64,000 bases of DNA, from positions 279,594-343,593 of the forward strand of contig JAAOMT010000175.1 in assembly GCA_016748015.1 (NCBI GenBank). The letters run 5' to 3'. Below are positions 37,441 through 51,300 of this stretch, in pieces (position 1 is the stretch's first letter; each line of letters starts with the position of its first letter). The stretch is from Geosiphon pyriformis uo1. Taxonomy: Eukaryota > Fungi > Glomeromycota. The translations under genes and the position numbers were made by a program. Under the pieces are notes generated by a model. That model did no database searches. It was not told where the DNA came from and saw only the letters and a program-made list of their open reading frames with translations.

Positions 37441-40256
37441 CTGATGAATGTGACTGGATTGATGTTGCATTTAGAGGAGAAGTCTGCAATTAAACTTGTC
37501 AATATGGTCTTTCTATTGCAAAAAAAGTAAAACATGGAACATCTTTCAATGCTGCATACAACAGTGCCCTTAACAAACTCTATCGCTACCCCTATGATGC
37601 TGAAATGATTTATGAACTTGCCATAGTTTTAATTAACAAAGGAACCAAAGAAGATGTCCTTCAAATGAAGGAAGCTGAATATATCAAATATATCTTGGAA
37701 TTAGCTGAATTCAATTATAAAGATGAAGTAAAAGTATATCATTAAATTGCAAGTCACATCTACCCGACCAAAGAAGCTCAAGCTCAATGGCTAGAGCAAA
37801 TGAACATTAAATTATGTGAGGAATGCATAATGCCTTGTGATGAACAATGGTGTCCTGAATGCTATGCCCTTAGCATTCCATTACTCAGCAAAAGTGATGA
37901 ATATGAAATCAAATTTGGTGAACCTAAAGCAACAGAAGGAATTGAAATAACACCTATCTATTTTATCAAAAGTCAGCCTGCTTTACAGCTCAAGTACTTC
38001 AACAACAATGGACAAGGAATAAAGCCTGAAAAAGCACATGAAATTGATGCTGGATACGATCTATAATATCCAGGAAAAGACACTTTGGTTCTTTCACCAA
38101 ATTCTCTTACCAAGATCAACTTCAAAATTGCTCTCAAAATTCCACCAGAAGCAATGATCCAAATTGCTTTTCGATTATCTTTGGCAAGCAAAAGAATTAA
38201 CATTAAAGGAGAAATTATAGATGCTGAATATACAGAAGACATTACAATAATGTTACAAAACAAAACCAATAAGCCTTTCAAAATTGAATATGCTGAGAAA
38301 ATTGCTCAAGCTATCTATTTACTCTTAATCAACATTTCAGGCTTACAGTTAGTCAATCAAAGAGAACAATTGAAAAAAAGTGAAAGAGAAACACAAGGTT
38401 TTGGTTCAACTGGATGATTTACAGTTCCAGTAAACATAGCTCTCAATAAACAGAATAAGTCTCACTAGATTTTACACCTTTCTCAACCAATCACTATTTC
38501 ACCTTTTGAAGAACACCCCGAAATCTATACTTGCCTAAAGCCAATAACCACACAACAAATTTTTGAGTCCAATGAACAAATCTGCTTGGAACATAATATC
38601 TCGATCCCAAATATTTACATCCCAGAAGGAACAAAGAAAGTCTGAGTTACTTTTTACAATCCCAATAATTACCCTGTAGTTTTATTAAATAACTTAGAAA
38701 TTGGAGTTATTTACAGTATTATCTTTTAACAAGAATTACCCCAAACAGTCCCCAATTTCTCTGAAATTATTGGATATTTACTACCAAAAATCAACCCAAA
38801 CCCTAACTCCAAAAACTACTATGTTGTTATGGAAAAACTATTCCAAATCAACATGGAACAACTTGAACCACAACAACAGAACCAGCTCAAAGAGCTAATT
38901 GCAGAATACACTGACATCTTTGTTGAAAACAACAATGACTTAGAAAGAACCGATTTGGTTCAACACCAAATCTATACAGGAAATGCCAAACCAAGACGAC
39001 AACAAGCCTATCAAATTGTTCCAAAAAGTCACCAATTTATCTGAAAAAAAGTACAACAGATGTTTAACAATGGGCTTATTCAACTGTCAATGAGTCCATG
39101 GGCCTCACCTGTGATCTTAGTTAAAAAGAAAAATGGAAAGATACAATTTTGTGTTGATTACTGACAACTCAACAGTGTTATCATTGGAGATGCCTACCCT
39201 CTTCTCTGAATTAATAACATGTTAAATGCCCTTGGAAAGTCCAAATACTTTTCAACTCTAGATTTGGAAAATGGATACTGGCAAGTTGCCATGGATCCCA
39301 AAGATCACCCCAAAACTGCTTTCACTACACAAGGAGAAAATTACAAATTCAATGTAATGTCTTTTGGATTATGCAATGCACCAGCAACATTCCAAAGGCT
39401 TATGGATGTTGTGTACAAAATACTCCTTTGGAAATCAGTAGTCATTTATCTTGATGATACCAATGTTTATTTCCTATCTTTTAACTTATACTTAAAACAC
39501 CTACAAGAAGTTTTTCAATGATTATGGAAAGCAGGATTGAAACTAAACATTGAGAAATATTATTTTGGAAAAACAAGTTTGGCCTTTCTTGGCCATATTG
39601 TCAGCAAGGACAGAATCAAACCTGATCCAAAAAAAATTAACACTGTCAAAAACTTCAAAACTCCCTGAAACACTACTGAACTGAGAGGATTCATTAGATT
39701 AGCCTCTTATTATTGGAAATTTATTAAAGAATTCTCAGAAATTGCAAAACCTCTCAACCAGCTCACCACCAAAAACATTGAATACAAATGGACCATTGAA
39801 CACCAAAAAGCCTTCAAAATTCTCAAGGAAAAGCTTACAACAGCTCCAATTTTCACCTATTCTGATTTTAGCAACCGATTCCAACTAGCTACAGATGTCT
39901 CATATACTGCTTTTGGTGCCATTTTATCACAATTAGATGACAACGGAAATGAGCGAGTAATCGCTTATGCTAGCAAAACATTAAAACCAGCTGAGAAAAA
40001 CTACTCTGCCACAGAACTAGAAACAGCAGCTGTAATTTGGGTCCTACACCACTTCAACCTTTATCTCAGACCTAAAAAATTTGATATTATCATTGATAAT
40101 ATTAGACTCAAATAGTTACAAAACAAAAACACCCAACTCAATACAAAACAAACCCGATAGATAAAATTCTTAGCAAACTATCAATATATAGTGCACCACA
40201 AATCAGAAAAACTCCACACCAATGTTGACTGTCTCTCAAGAATAAGGCAAAATTAG
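37441..40256 (+). pseudogene. B1 polyprotein C-terminal part: Cys module, dUTPase, RT, RNase H
   Basis: CEECIMPCDEQWCPEC; AGYDL..GEIIDAEY..KIAQ..QGFGST; IYLDD; ends NVDCLSRIRQN* (TAG 40254-40256). Confidence 0.92.
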
Positions 40257-40306
40257 AAAAACACAAACCAACGCCCAACCCAACTAACAAAAACAGCCCA
40301 CAAACA

Positions 40307-41692
40307 ATGAACCCTGAAAACTACAACAAACTCAAACAATATTTGAAGACATTAACAATTTCAACAGATTGGTCTTCAGATAAAAAACACCAATTACAAC
40401 AACAAGCCAAACAATATTTTCTACACCACAATATCATTTATTATCAAAACTTCAAAAATCCAGACAAACCACTCAGATTAATACGGGAAAATGAAAAAGA
40501 AACCATTTTATATAACATGCACTCAGACCTTTCATCAGCACACTTAGGAAAAGACAGCACCACCCAGAGAACACTAGAATATTACTTTTGGTCTCAAATA
40601 AGAAAAGATATTCATGAATATGTTAAGTCTTGTAATAGTTGTCAAAGAAAAGGGGGAACTCGCCCTACAGAACCTTTAAACCCAATTAAAGTTAGACAGT
40701 CTTTTGACCAAGTTGGTATTGATTTAGTTGGACTGCTACCTATCACCAACCAAGAAAACCATTATATTGTAGTAGCTATAGATTATCTCACCAAATGGTC
40801 CAAAGCCAGAGCCATTCAATAAGCAGATGCAAAATCAGTAGCAAACTTCATCTATGAAGACATTATTTGTAGACATAGATGCCCAATTGAACTTTTATCT
40901 GACCAAGGAACACATTTTGTGAACAACTTAATACAAGAAATTTGTGAATGATTCAACGTCAAAAGACCATTATCTTCACCCTACCATCCACAAACAAATA
41001 GACTTGTAGAACGTTTCAATAGAATATTGTGTGAATTATTAGCCAAAGTCTCAACTGATTTTGAGCAAGAATGAGATATCTTTATTCCATTAGTGTTACT
41101 AGTATATAGAACACTAAAACAAGATACCACAAAACACACACTATTTGATTTAACCTATGGAAGGACAGCAACGTTACCAATTAATTTCACAGTGGAAACA
41201 TACCCAATACAACCAATTAATGAAGACAACTTTCAGAAAACACTACAGCAAAGAGCCTATACTCTGCTTAGCACATTGGAAGGAAAACAATGAATAGCAG
41301 CAACCCACATTAAATACTCCCAAGCTCAACAAAAAGAATGGCATAACAACAAATTACCACCAGTCACCAACAAATTTAAAGTTAAAAACAAAATTCTCTT
41401 ACATAGAACTAAGACTAAAAAATAATGAAGTGGAAAATTTGAAAATAAATGGGATGAACCATTTTTTATCCATAAAATCCTAGGCAATGGATCATACAAG
41501 TTAAAACTTAATAACAAAATTCTAGCAAAAGTTGCACATGGAAATTGTTTAAAACACTATTATTCCAAAAAAAATCCTGAATCATTAATTCCACAAATTG
41601 GTACACATTCCCTATTAATTAATCCTGAAGATATTCCCCAAAATTTAGAACCAATAGTTGTCATTGAACAACCTTCCAACTTGAACACCTAA
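40307..41692 (+). pseudogene. B1 integrase, separate ORF
   Basis: MNPENYNKLKQYL; HHCC; rve core; KWDEPF. Confidence 0.92.
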
Positions 41693-41844
41693 ATGATATA
41701 TTACTATAGTTATTCCCTTATAATTTAGAAACAATTCCACAAAGACATAACAAAAATACTGAAAACAAAATCAAAAATAAACATAAAAACCAACACACCA
41801 AAAATAATTTCAATTTATTTTTCTTTCAATTCAATTACCTTATA

Positions 41845-42564
41845 ATGACTATTCCTTAAAACATTCAACAATTATCCCAAAAACTAATGTTAGCTTTAAA
41901 AACAATATCCAAATTATCTATTACTGTTACTGAAAACCACATTAATTATACCCAAACAAAAATAGTTACAAATTTAGCCCCAAATTCACAAAAATATCAT
42001 CTTTATAAGAAGAACACAAGAAGTTATTCTGGAATTCACCTGCCAGAACTTTTAAAGCTTGCTTTAAGAGAAAACTTAATGCTTATTCCGATTAGTATTT
42101 CACCAAATGCTACAATCTAACAAAGACTTCAACTGTGTCTCAATGAGGAAAGCACCAAATATCCTCTAATCTATAGATATTTTCACATTGGAAAAACACT
42201 CTATGAACGAAAACTGGAACTTACAACAGCAAACCTCACAAAAGAAGCTATTCAGAAACAACTTCACAACGAATTCAAGACAACAGCTAGACCAACAAAC
42301 AGTCGCTACAAGCTCAAAGCTGCCCTTAGACTTTATGACCTATTTCACACCTGTGAAAACATCCTACAAAACCCAATTTTACAACCCTTAAAGATTCAAT
42401 ACATTGGAAAGCTCACAGAACTGAAATTTCAACAATTTTCAGACCAAATTTCTTCAATAATCTTGGACTACTATCTGGAAAATACAGACAGTACTTGGAC
42501 TTCGATAGAGCTCAGTTTTGAGGAGAAGATTATGTTACCAGACAAAATTAGAGATATTATTTAG
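41845..42564 (+). pseudogene. B1 ORF3 (unknown, about 239 codons)
   Basis: ATG 41845; YFHIGKTL..AALRLYDLF..IGKLTELKFQQF; the stop lies 30 nt inside the 3' LTR. Confidence 0.8.
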
Positions 42565-43512
42565 CATGAAATTACCCTTATAATTTCTATCATTAATTAG
42601 TATATATTATTATTTCAATTATTACTTATTACATTTAGCAAAATATCTGAAATTATCATTTAATTAACAACTCAATTTGTACATAACACAAATGTAACAT
42701 AATTGCAATAATTAATCATGCAATACTCTGAACTATGTAACATTCAAAAGTTCATTAAAATTTGTAGAAATTTGCCGAAATAATTGATAGTTCACCGAAA
42801 TATTTAATAGTTTGCAGAAATAACTTGTAGTTTACCGAAATGTATCTTTAGTTCAGCGAAATTGTAGAAAAGAGCAAAGTTCAAGTTTATAGAATAGTGT
42901 TACAACAAGTTGTATAAAAGAAGAGCTTCTCTCTTTGAGAAAATGTATCTTACTTTAGATTTATTACTTAGAACTATTTCTATACACACAAAAAGAAATA
43001 AATATCAAATAATTCAAAAAACCAAATTCTTTAATTATTGCACTTGGAAAATCCTCAAAACCCAACTAAAATTTTGAAATTGATTAGCTACCAATTTCAG
43101 TAAACTGTTAGTGACTCCAGGCCTGGATAGAAAACGTTTCCCTTGACAAAATTCTATTTCTTTTACAATTCTTTTATTTTCTTGTATTTTTTTATTACAA
43201 TCATTAGAGTAGCCTATAGACGAGATTCCTATAGAAGAGTTGACTTTCACAGCAAAGTAACTACACATTTTTAGTGAGCTTCCAGACAAGCAATTCCTGG
43301 GAAAGAGTTGACATTTACTACAACGTAACTACATAAAGTAACTGGCAAGGAATTGGCCATTCCACTTATAAGCCCAGCAGTTCGAATTATAAAAGATAAT
43401 TTGAAAGAATAAATTCAGTTATCAGAGGTTCAAACACTTCCCATAGTCGTGAATTAACAACATTCCAACAAACATACAAGAGCTAAGAAAAGACCAAAGA
43501 CCTTCAGTAACA
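42533..43512 (+). repeat. 3' LTR of B1
   Basis: TGTTACC...AGTAACA, preceded by PPT GAGGAGAAGA. Confidence 0.95.
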
Positions 43513-44822
43513 ACATATGGTCTGGTTTTTTTGAGGTTTTTATGGATGAATCTTTGAAAAATTTTGGTTCTGCTGAAGTTGCCAGTGGTGCTGCTGCTTA
43601 CTTTCTAGTCTTAAATCTGAGTGTTGGCATTGCTGTCTGGGGTCTCTTGTTATCTACTATGGCCAAATTACAGGCTGTTGCTTTGTCTTTGAAGTGTGTT
43701 TCTTTTTCATGCACTGTGGTGTTGCATCTTGACAGCCAGGCTGCTATTGATGCTTGTGTGTCTGAGATGTCTTTGGCTGCTCCTGATTTTCATAATCAAT
43801 GCTGGATAGAAAGATGTCATATTTTCAATTTGGTTAGGGATAAAGATCTTAGTGTGAGTTAGGTTAAGGTGAAGGGCCATTCTGGGGTTTCTGGGAATAT
43901 GGAAGCTGATTTGGCTGCTGGGGCTGTCTCTGAGTCTCCTTTTTCTCTGTTGGTAAGAGTGTATAAATACTTTTTGGTTGCTGAAGATACTCCTGTTTCC
44001 GGTAATGTCTGTTATTTTGTTAGAGATATTTTTCATTCTGTTTGTCGTGTTCATTGGAAAGCTGGTTCTGGTTTTGATGTAGTTTTAGAGGCAATGATTG
44101 TTCGCATAAATTGGGTTGTCACTACAATGGTATGGCATCCTGATTCTCATATGCTCACTGGTTTCACTAGTCGTAAGTCCTCAGTGCTTTAGACTTATTT
44201 TATAAAAGCTGTTTATAGGAGATTACCAGTAGCAGTTAGGAAGAGGTTGTATGATAAGCATTACCCTAGTGTGTTGTGTTTGTTGTGTGGTGGTGTGGAG
44301 TTCTCTGACCATTTTTTTACTTGCACTCATGAGTCTGACATTTGTGAAGAGATCTTAGCTGAGACTTCTGCCCATTGGTCTGTTTTGGCTGGTGTTTTTA
44401 GGTCTTCTGCTTCTGCTGTGTTACAAGTTTTATTTCAATGTTCCATCAATGTTGGGCTGTACGCTTTGATTTGCAAAGAGTTTGTGTTAGATAAGTGGTA
44501 TAAGGAGGCATGTAGTGTTTTCGATGATAAGAAAGTAGCTGTTGCTCAGATTACTAATTTTGTGAGATTTGTTGTAGAATTACATCGTGCTAAAGTATGA
44601 TTGGTGAGGTCTATTCACTAGATAAAGATGGAAAAGACCAGTTTGGTTTATGATGGTGGTGTTATTTCTGGGCTTGCTCATGGAATGTCTTTGGTTTTGT
44701 CTGATGGTGTTGTTAAATTGCTTAGTCTGGCTGAGTCTTTTGCTGTTTGCTTTGGTTGTTGGATGCCGTGTGATTTTTTTTCTGGCCTGGGTGGTGATAT
44801 GTTGGTTAATATAGATGTATAG
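43513..44822 (+). pseudogene. LINE ORF2 C-terminal part: RNase H and CCHC domain
   Basis: VFMDESL..KLQAVALSL..LDSQAAI..KVKGHSGVSGNMEAD; CLLCGGVEFSDHFFTC. Confidence 0.9.
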
Positions 44823-44957
44823 TATTGCCTTGTCTGGCCTGAGTGGCTAGTTACATGTAGAAAGTGTGTGAGTTACATTTAGTTTGAGCCTTTTAGTTTG
44901 GCTCTATGTACTAGATAGTGATTGGACTTCACTTGTTAAATGCATAATAAAAAAAAA

Positions 44958-46560
44958 ATGCTTAATATATTAATATTAATAATAATTACAATATTTAAAT
45001 TAACTTTATATAAATTAATACTAAAAATAATATTTTAATATTTTTAAATTTGTTTATAATTTTATGTTTTAATCTAATATTTAACTTAGTTTTTATAATA
45101 ATTAAAATTAAATTGTTTATTTTTTTGTGCTATTTAACTATGTTATTTTGTTTAATTAAATTTTTTATATTATAAAACAACCTTTTAAATTAAATTAGTT
45201 ATTAAAAAAACAAATTATTAAACTTGTTTTTAATAAATAAAAGTTTAATTTTAATAAAATAACATTAAAAAAGCCCAAAAGTTTTATTATTTTGGGTTTT
45301 AAATACTTAATTTAAATATAAAAAGACTAAAATCTTAAATTTTAAAAACAATAAACCAAAAGTTTTTTTGAAAATTTTATTTAAAATTATATTTAAAGCA
45401 AATACTTTTACAAAAAAAACAATATTAAATATTTAATTTAAAAATCAATTTTAAAATTTTATTTAATAATAATTTTATGTTTTTTTTAAATATATATAAC
45501 TTTAATTTTAAAAAAATTTAAAAATTTACTATTTATATATGTATTAAAATTATTAATAAAACCAAATACATAATTTAATAAATTTATTTAAGTTTATTAA
45601 AAAGAAATAAAAACATTTTTTAATATAAATAACAATAAAATAATTTTAATTATTTATTAATAATATATACTTAATAAATTTCTTAAATAAGTTTTTAAAA
45701 ATCTTATATTTTAATTTTATATAATCAAAATACTTATAATTTTTATTACAAACCAAATTTAATCTAATTTAAAATAAATTAATTTTATTAAATATTAAAA
45801 TAATATAATAAGTTTTATTTAATTTTTTTTAAATTTAAAACAAATAATTATATAAATTTTTAATTAGTTAAAAGCTTAATTTGATTTAATAAATTTTTTT
45901 GTTATATATTAACTTAATAATTTTTTAAAACTTTAAAAAAATAAAAACTTTTTCAAAATTATTTATTAATAAAACTATTTTTTTAATTATTTATACTTTT
46001 TTTATTTTTAATATTGTAATAAATTATATTCAAAGATAATATATTTAATATACCAACATTTATTTTTTTTATTTTAAGAGTATTTGTTTTAAAGTTTAAA
46101 AAAATTTTGCTTTTATTATTAATATTAAACTTAATATTAACTATTATAAATTTTTTTTAAATTAGTTTTTATGTTATTAAAATTACCAAAAACAGCTATT
46201 TTGCTATCCACAAACAAAAATTTGTTCAAAAAGAGAACAGTTTTATTTTTAAAAGTCTTGATATTTCTATTTACTTTTCTTGGTTTTTAAATAAAATTGT
46301 TTTTAATAAAACCATATATAATACTTTTTACAAAAATATTAAATAAGTATAAAAATAAAAAAGTCAACAAATTAATAACTTTTCTGAACTGTTTGTCTGA
46401 AAATTAAAATACAGTAACATTTAAATAACTTAAATCAAATTAACAATTTAAAGAACCTTAAATATATAATATAAGTGAATTTTTTTATTCAAATTAAATT
46501 ATAATAAGAAAAATTGTTTATTGGAATTTAAATATTCGTTTCAAGCTAAAAAAAAACTCG
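44958..46560. other. Extremely AT-rich island (decayed repeat DNA)
   Basis: Almost no G/C; no CpG seen in 45001-46200; no ORFs of 60 aa or more. Confidence 0.75.
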
Positions 46561-46592
46561 AATTCATAAATTGTAATAAATACTTAACAAAT

Positions 46593-48066
46593 TCAGATTT
46601 GTAAATCCAAAAACTCGTCAATCTGTTTAAGTCTTAAAAACACATCACATCCATAACTGTGTAAAGACATCAGATTCAATGATCCTCCAAAATATTGCGC
46701 ATAAGTCCGTGCCAACGGAAGCCTTGAATAAGGAAAATATAAGAAGAAAATATAAATGGGGAAGCAAGTATTTTTAAAAATCAAAATAGGGCTTTACCCA
46801 TAACCTAATCCTGCAATAGGACCCCCTAGGCCAGCTTGCATTGCTAATGTAGATACACCAGTAAATATGTTATCAGACGAATTAGGATCATCAACTTGTG
46901 GTACAGTGGTAAAAGAGTAATCAAAAATAGAGGGAAGATCTTTTGAGGCAATGCCGCCTCCTTGATCTCTGATTCGAATTCCAATATTGTTTTTTCCTTG
47001 AGATATGGTGACCTGAATCGGTGGATGTATATCTCTTTGAAATTTTTGACTAAATTCCACTGTAGCACGATAAGAATTTTTCAATATTTCAGAAATTATG
47101 TACTCAAAATGAACAGGAACATAAGTAAATGTTGTTTCGATTTGCCCATTAATTAAGGTCTCAGGTGCTGATCCATAATGAACCTCACAAAGCTCTCCAA
47201 CAAATGCTGCACAATTCTCTACAAGTTTTAGAGGACTTGTGCGTGTATTGATTATTCCAATATAATTTGGATTTTCGGCGTTGTGAAGTGCAATATGTTG
47301 CTCAGCGATCAGACGAATTCCAATACGAGCTCGAATCATTTCATCCAAAAACGAGGCTATATCCTCATATTCCATATATTTCTTACATTCTTGGAAACCT
47401 ACGAGATAAAGATGACGTGAGAATATATGAGGAAGAAGAAAAAGAACTAAAAGAAAAAAGTGATCAAATCGTACTAAATAAAGAAATTGAAATTACCCTT
47501 AGCTAATGTTGGAATGTTTTCAGAATGTGAATCAACAGTCTTTTTTAAAAGTGCTGCGAATTCTGTATCTTTTTCTATAGTTTTAATTTCTGGAAACGAT
47601 TGAATATCTTCAAAAGAATTTAAGTAAAGCTGATAAATGCTCTTTATATGTGGATTAGTTCCTACAATGAAGGGTAATTTTTGAAGTCTCTTGACACGTC
47701 TAGCTAAGCGAACAGGAAGCTCAGATCGCGTATATCGGGCTGATTTTAACAGAGTTTCGGTACTAAGAGGCGGCTGTCCAAATTGGAGAAGTTGTTTCAA
47801 CGTAACTGGTTGAATGGATTTTTCTGCATGCTATTTTAAAATAGGTTAAATGTCATCAGGGTTATTCAGTTTAAAGCAATTTTCCAAAATTTATTTTTTA
47901 AACAATCATAAAATAGAGTGGTACCTACCTTTGATAATTTATCGTCGTAAAATGACATTACATCCTGAGTCGAATACAGTCGCTGGAAAATGATGTGAAG
48001 CCTGGATTTTGGTATTTTTCCCAAGGCACTCGTACGAAATGAACTGAGGAAGAGACGCGTAAACAT
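46593..48066 (-). CDS. Mitochondrial PDK/BCKDK-family alpha-ketoacid dehydrogenase kinase (4 exons)
   Basis: Arg/Ser-rich presequence; [26 protein letters not shown]; [12 protein letters not shown]; IRIRDQGGG; AGLGYG|[13 protein letters not shown]; GT-AG introns. Confidence 0.93.
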
Positions 48067-48342
48067 GATAGTAATGCATATTGTAAATAATCAGATAATT
48101 TTTCAACTTTATTAATGAAATAATTAGCTTGGATCGCATGATCCCCAAAAAACGAATTCCGCTAATCAATTTTCTGTTATGAAAATTTATAGATTTGACA
48201 AAGCCTAATATTGTAGATATTCCCTAATAATTTGCCGATTATTCTTGCGACACAAGTTTAGATCCCCAAATCACTCACGTTGAGGTTAAGCATAGTCAAT
48301 AGGAGCAAGTGGGAAAAGGTAAAATTTATATATTAAATAGTC

Positions 48343-51300
48343 TTATGATCCATAAGAAAGAATCTACAATGTAAAAAAAGGTCGGGATTAATTTAAATAT
48401 CATTTGAATCATATTAACTTTAAAAGTCTTACATCAATTACAACACCAGCAGCAACAGTATCTCCACCTCTTCGCAAGGTAACTCTGCCAGATTCTTTAT
48501 TCTCTTTGAAAGTCTCGAGCGGAATTGGACGATTTGTTAGTTTGATTTCAACAGTTGCTGTCGTCGATTTAGAAAGATGTCTTCATCAATAAGGACATAA
48601 CCTCATTAGATCACCATTATAATTTCAAAGACTTGAAAACATAATTTCTTCAAATTTAAAAGTTTGGAATTAATCATAATATACCTAGGATTTTTCTTTA
48701 TTATTTCACCTGTACTTTTATCCATTACAGCAACCAATTTAATCACCGAGGCTGGTTCGTCAAGACTTTGATGATGAAGGATGACCTAAATTTTTAATCA
48801 CGAATAAAGTTAATATATTTAGACGTAGTTTTCTTGAATCAAAACTGACACTGACCGGAAGTCCTCTTGTTATAGGCACTTTTACGTCAAACACTACAAT
48901 TTGTGCCAGAAAATGAGATGTCACTGGAACTGGGTGAAATGGTGAGCACAAAATCGCACCAGTGCTGAAGGATATAAGAGATTTAATGAAATACGGAGAT
49001 TCAAGAAAATAACTTTTGTAGAAACCCAAAGTAAAAAGTACCTCAATTGCATGATATCTAGCCCAGTCAATGTCATTAAAGTATAATCTCCAGCTGCTGC
49101 CCATTTGGCTGATTCATCGCTAACCTCAATGGCTAAAAATATACACAAATTGAAAGAGAACCAAGTTTTTCATAAATAAATTCTATAAAATTTAATCTTA
49201 CTATGGTGGGTAACTATATATGTAGCAAAAAAATTCCTACCCTTCACAATTCCGTATTCTCCACCCGGAACCACCATCATCTGCTCTCCGATCTGTATTG
49301 TTCCCGCCTCAATCCTACCCGCCACTGAAACACCACCACTATTACCTATACCCCCTTTAAAGAAATCAGTGATAGCAAGTCTAAAGGGCCTTTCTAATAA
49401 GCGAGGAGGTGGTTCAAATACGTCTAATTGATGAATTCAGAATTCAACAATTAGAAAATATGAAAAATAAAAGTTAGAATAGCAAGCAAATATGTAAAAT
49501 GCTTAAATAACCTATTTGTTGTATCATTGTTGGTCCTGTATACCAAGTAAGATTCGTAGTTGATCTTATCAGTAGATTTTCCCCGGTCATTCCACTGCAA
49601 GGTATAAAGGCGACCTTGTCTCGCTTGAATCCTACTTGCGTTAAGAAACCATTAAGTTTGGTCTCAATTTCTTGAAATCTTTCTTTGGACCATTTGACCT
49701 GTTGATCTCTAAAAGCTTTAATATTTTTCCTGCAAAATATACCAGGAGATCTTTGCGTATTTAAAAACTTACAACGTCAAGCTTGTTGATAGCAACAACT
49801 AATTGCTGGACTCCTAGACTTCTCACCAATAAAGCATGTTCTTTTGTTTGACCATTAGCCTCAAATCCCGCTTCAAATTCTCCTGTAGTCGCATCTACGA
49901 CAAGAATAGCAACATCGGCCTAAGTTTCAATTGAAAGCAATATGTGATCAAGTAAACTCCTCATATAAAGGCTACAAGTGTTTAACTCTGCGTACTTGTG
50001 CGGCTCCTGAAATCATATTTGGAATAAAATCTCGATGCCCTGGTGCATCTAGCAAAGTGAATCGCCGGTGTTCTGTTTCAAAGTTGGTAATCGCAATATC
50101 CATTGTTATACCTCTATTTTCATTGAAAATGATTGAAATATAAAAATTGCTATATGATTGATATAAATTTAAGAATCGAAATATTAAAAGACCTGTTTCT
50201 CTCTTCCCCTGTTTCGTCTAATACCCAGGCATATGCGAAAGAGGATTTTCCAATCTTTTGAGAATCACGTTCATATTTTTTAATCGTTTTCTCATTCACT
50301 TCACCCAGCAAATAGAGAAGATGTCCCATGAGTGTGCTTTTACCAGCATCAACGTGACCTTTAATAAAATCATAATTAGTCTAGTTAAAAATGGTTTAAT
50401 ATGCAGATTTAAAAAGTGCTTACCAATTACCACTAAATTCATTGATTCTTTGTCTAATGAACGTTTTTTGTATTCAGCTAAAACATCAATGCGTTTTGAA
50501 AGTTTAGGAGGTGGCTTTACTTGCGATATTTTGGGCGAGTTTTTTAAAGTAGAGGATGAAGAGGTGGGATTATTTTTATTAAGTCCAGTTAAAGGCGAAA
50601 ATGTTGTCTCCCTGAGAGTTTTTGCTGGCGAATCCAAGTTCAATGCAGAAATGTCAAATCTTAATTGCTCTTCCTGTTCATCGTCTAGAATTTCAACGAT
50701 AGATTCATCATTAAAACCACCAAATGTTTCTGTTCCAAGGAACTTAGATTTTGGACTTGATAGTGACGGACGAGTAGCTTGTGGAGTTTTAGAGCTAGAG
50801 GATAAAGGAATCGATTGGAAGGTTTTCGTGGATAAAGGGGTTGAAACTATTTGTCTGTTTTTGCCTTTTGTAACGGAAAATTTTTTAGTTGTTTAATCCT
50901 CGGCTTCTATTGAATATTGGATCTTAAACAAACCTTTTGAACTAGTTTTTTGACTCTGTGCCTTCAAAATTAAATCATCAGGGCTTGGCTCCTCAAAGGA
51001 AAAAGCATTTTTATTTCCGCCTGACGAAAATATATCAAACGAGAAATGGTCAATAATTACTGGGGAGATATCTTCAAACTTTGCAAAGATGGCAATAGCA
51101 AAAATGGATGGCGATGCAATGAAAGGGTTAACTGGAATTAATGATGATAGTGAGGTCTTATTTTCTATGACTTTAGTATCCGGGGAAATATTGGGTTGTT
51201 GAGGACTTATTGTTTGAAGATTTACAAATGATGGATGTGTTAATTGGCTGCCTATCTGATCCCGAGGCAGAGAAACGGTGGAAAAAGATTTACTAATCGA

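Larger units (their letters stand above)
12658..43512 (+). mobile_element. Ty3/Gypsy family B copy B1 (about 9.8 kb of own sequence, three nested insertions)
   Basis: LTRs 12658-13628 and 42533-43512. TSD ACAT at 12654-12657 and 43513-43516. PBS at 13631, PPT at 42520-42529. Internal pieces 13629-15781, 17041-17124, 26772-27348 and 37441-42532. Confidence 0.93.
7707..44957 (+). mobile_element. Full-length LINE (ORF1 RRM-RRM-CCHC; ORF2 APE-RT-RNaseH-CCHC), split by B1 into 7707-12657 and 43513-44957
   Basis: TSD ATGCTTAATAT at 7696-7706 and 44958-44968. Poly(A) at about 44946-44957. The frame DGLHNI|WSGFFEVFMDESLK continues across B1. Confidence 0.9.

Noticed and set aside
41845-42564. ORF3 as an env gene
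   Set aside because: No signal peptide, transmembrane segment or cleavage/fusion motif is visible, and it is short.
50258-50896. 212-aa plus-strand ORF, and the many antisense ORFs over TEs and genes
   Set aside because: Shadow frames of real minus-strand exons or TE ORFs, with no independent motifs.
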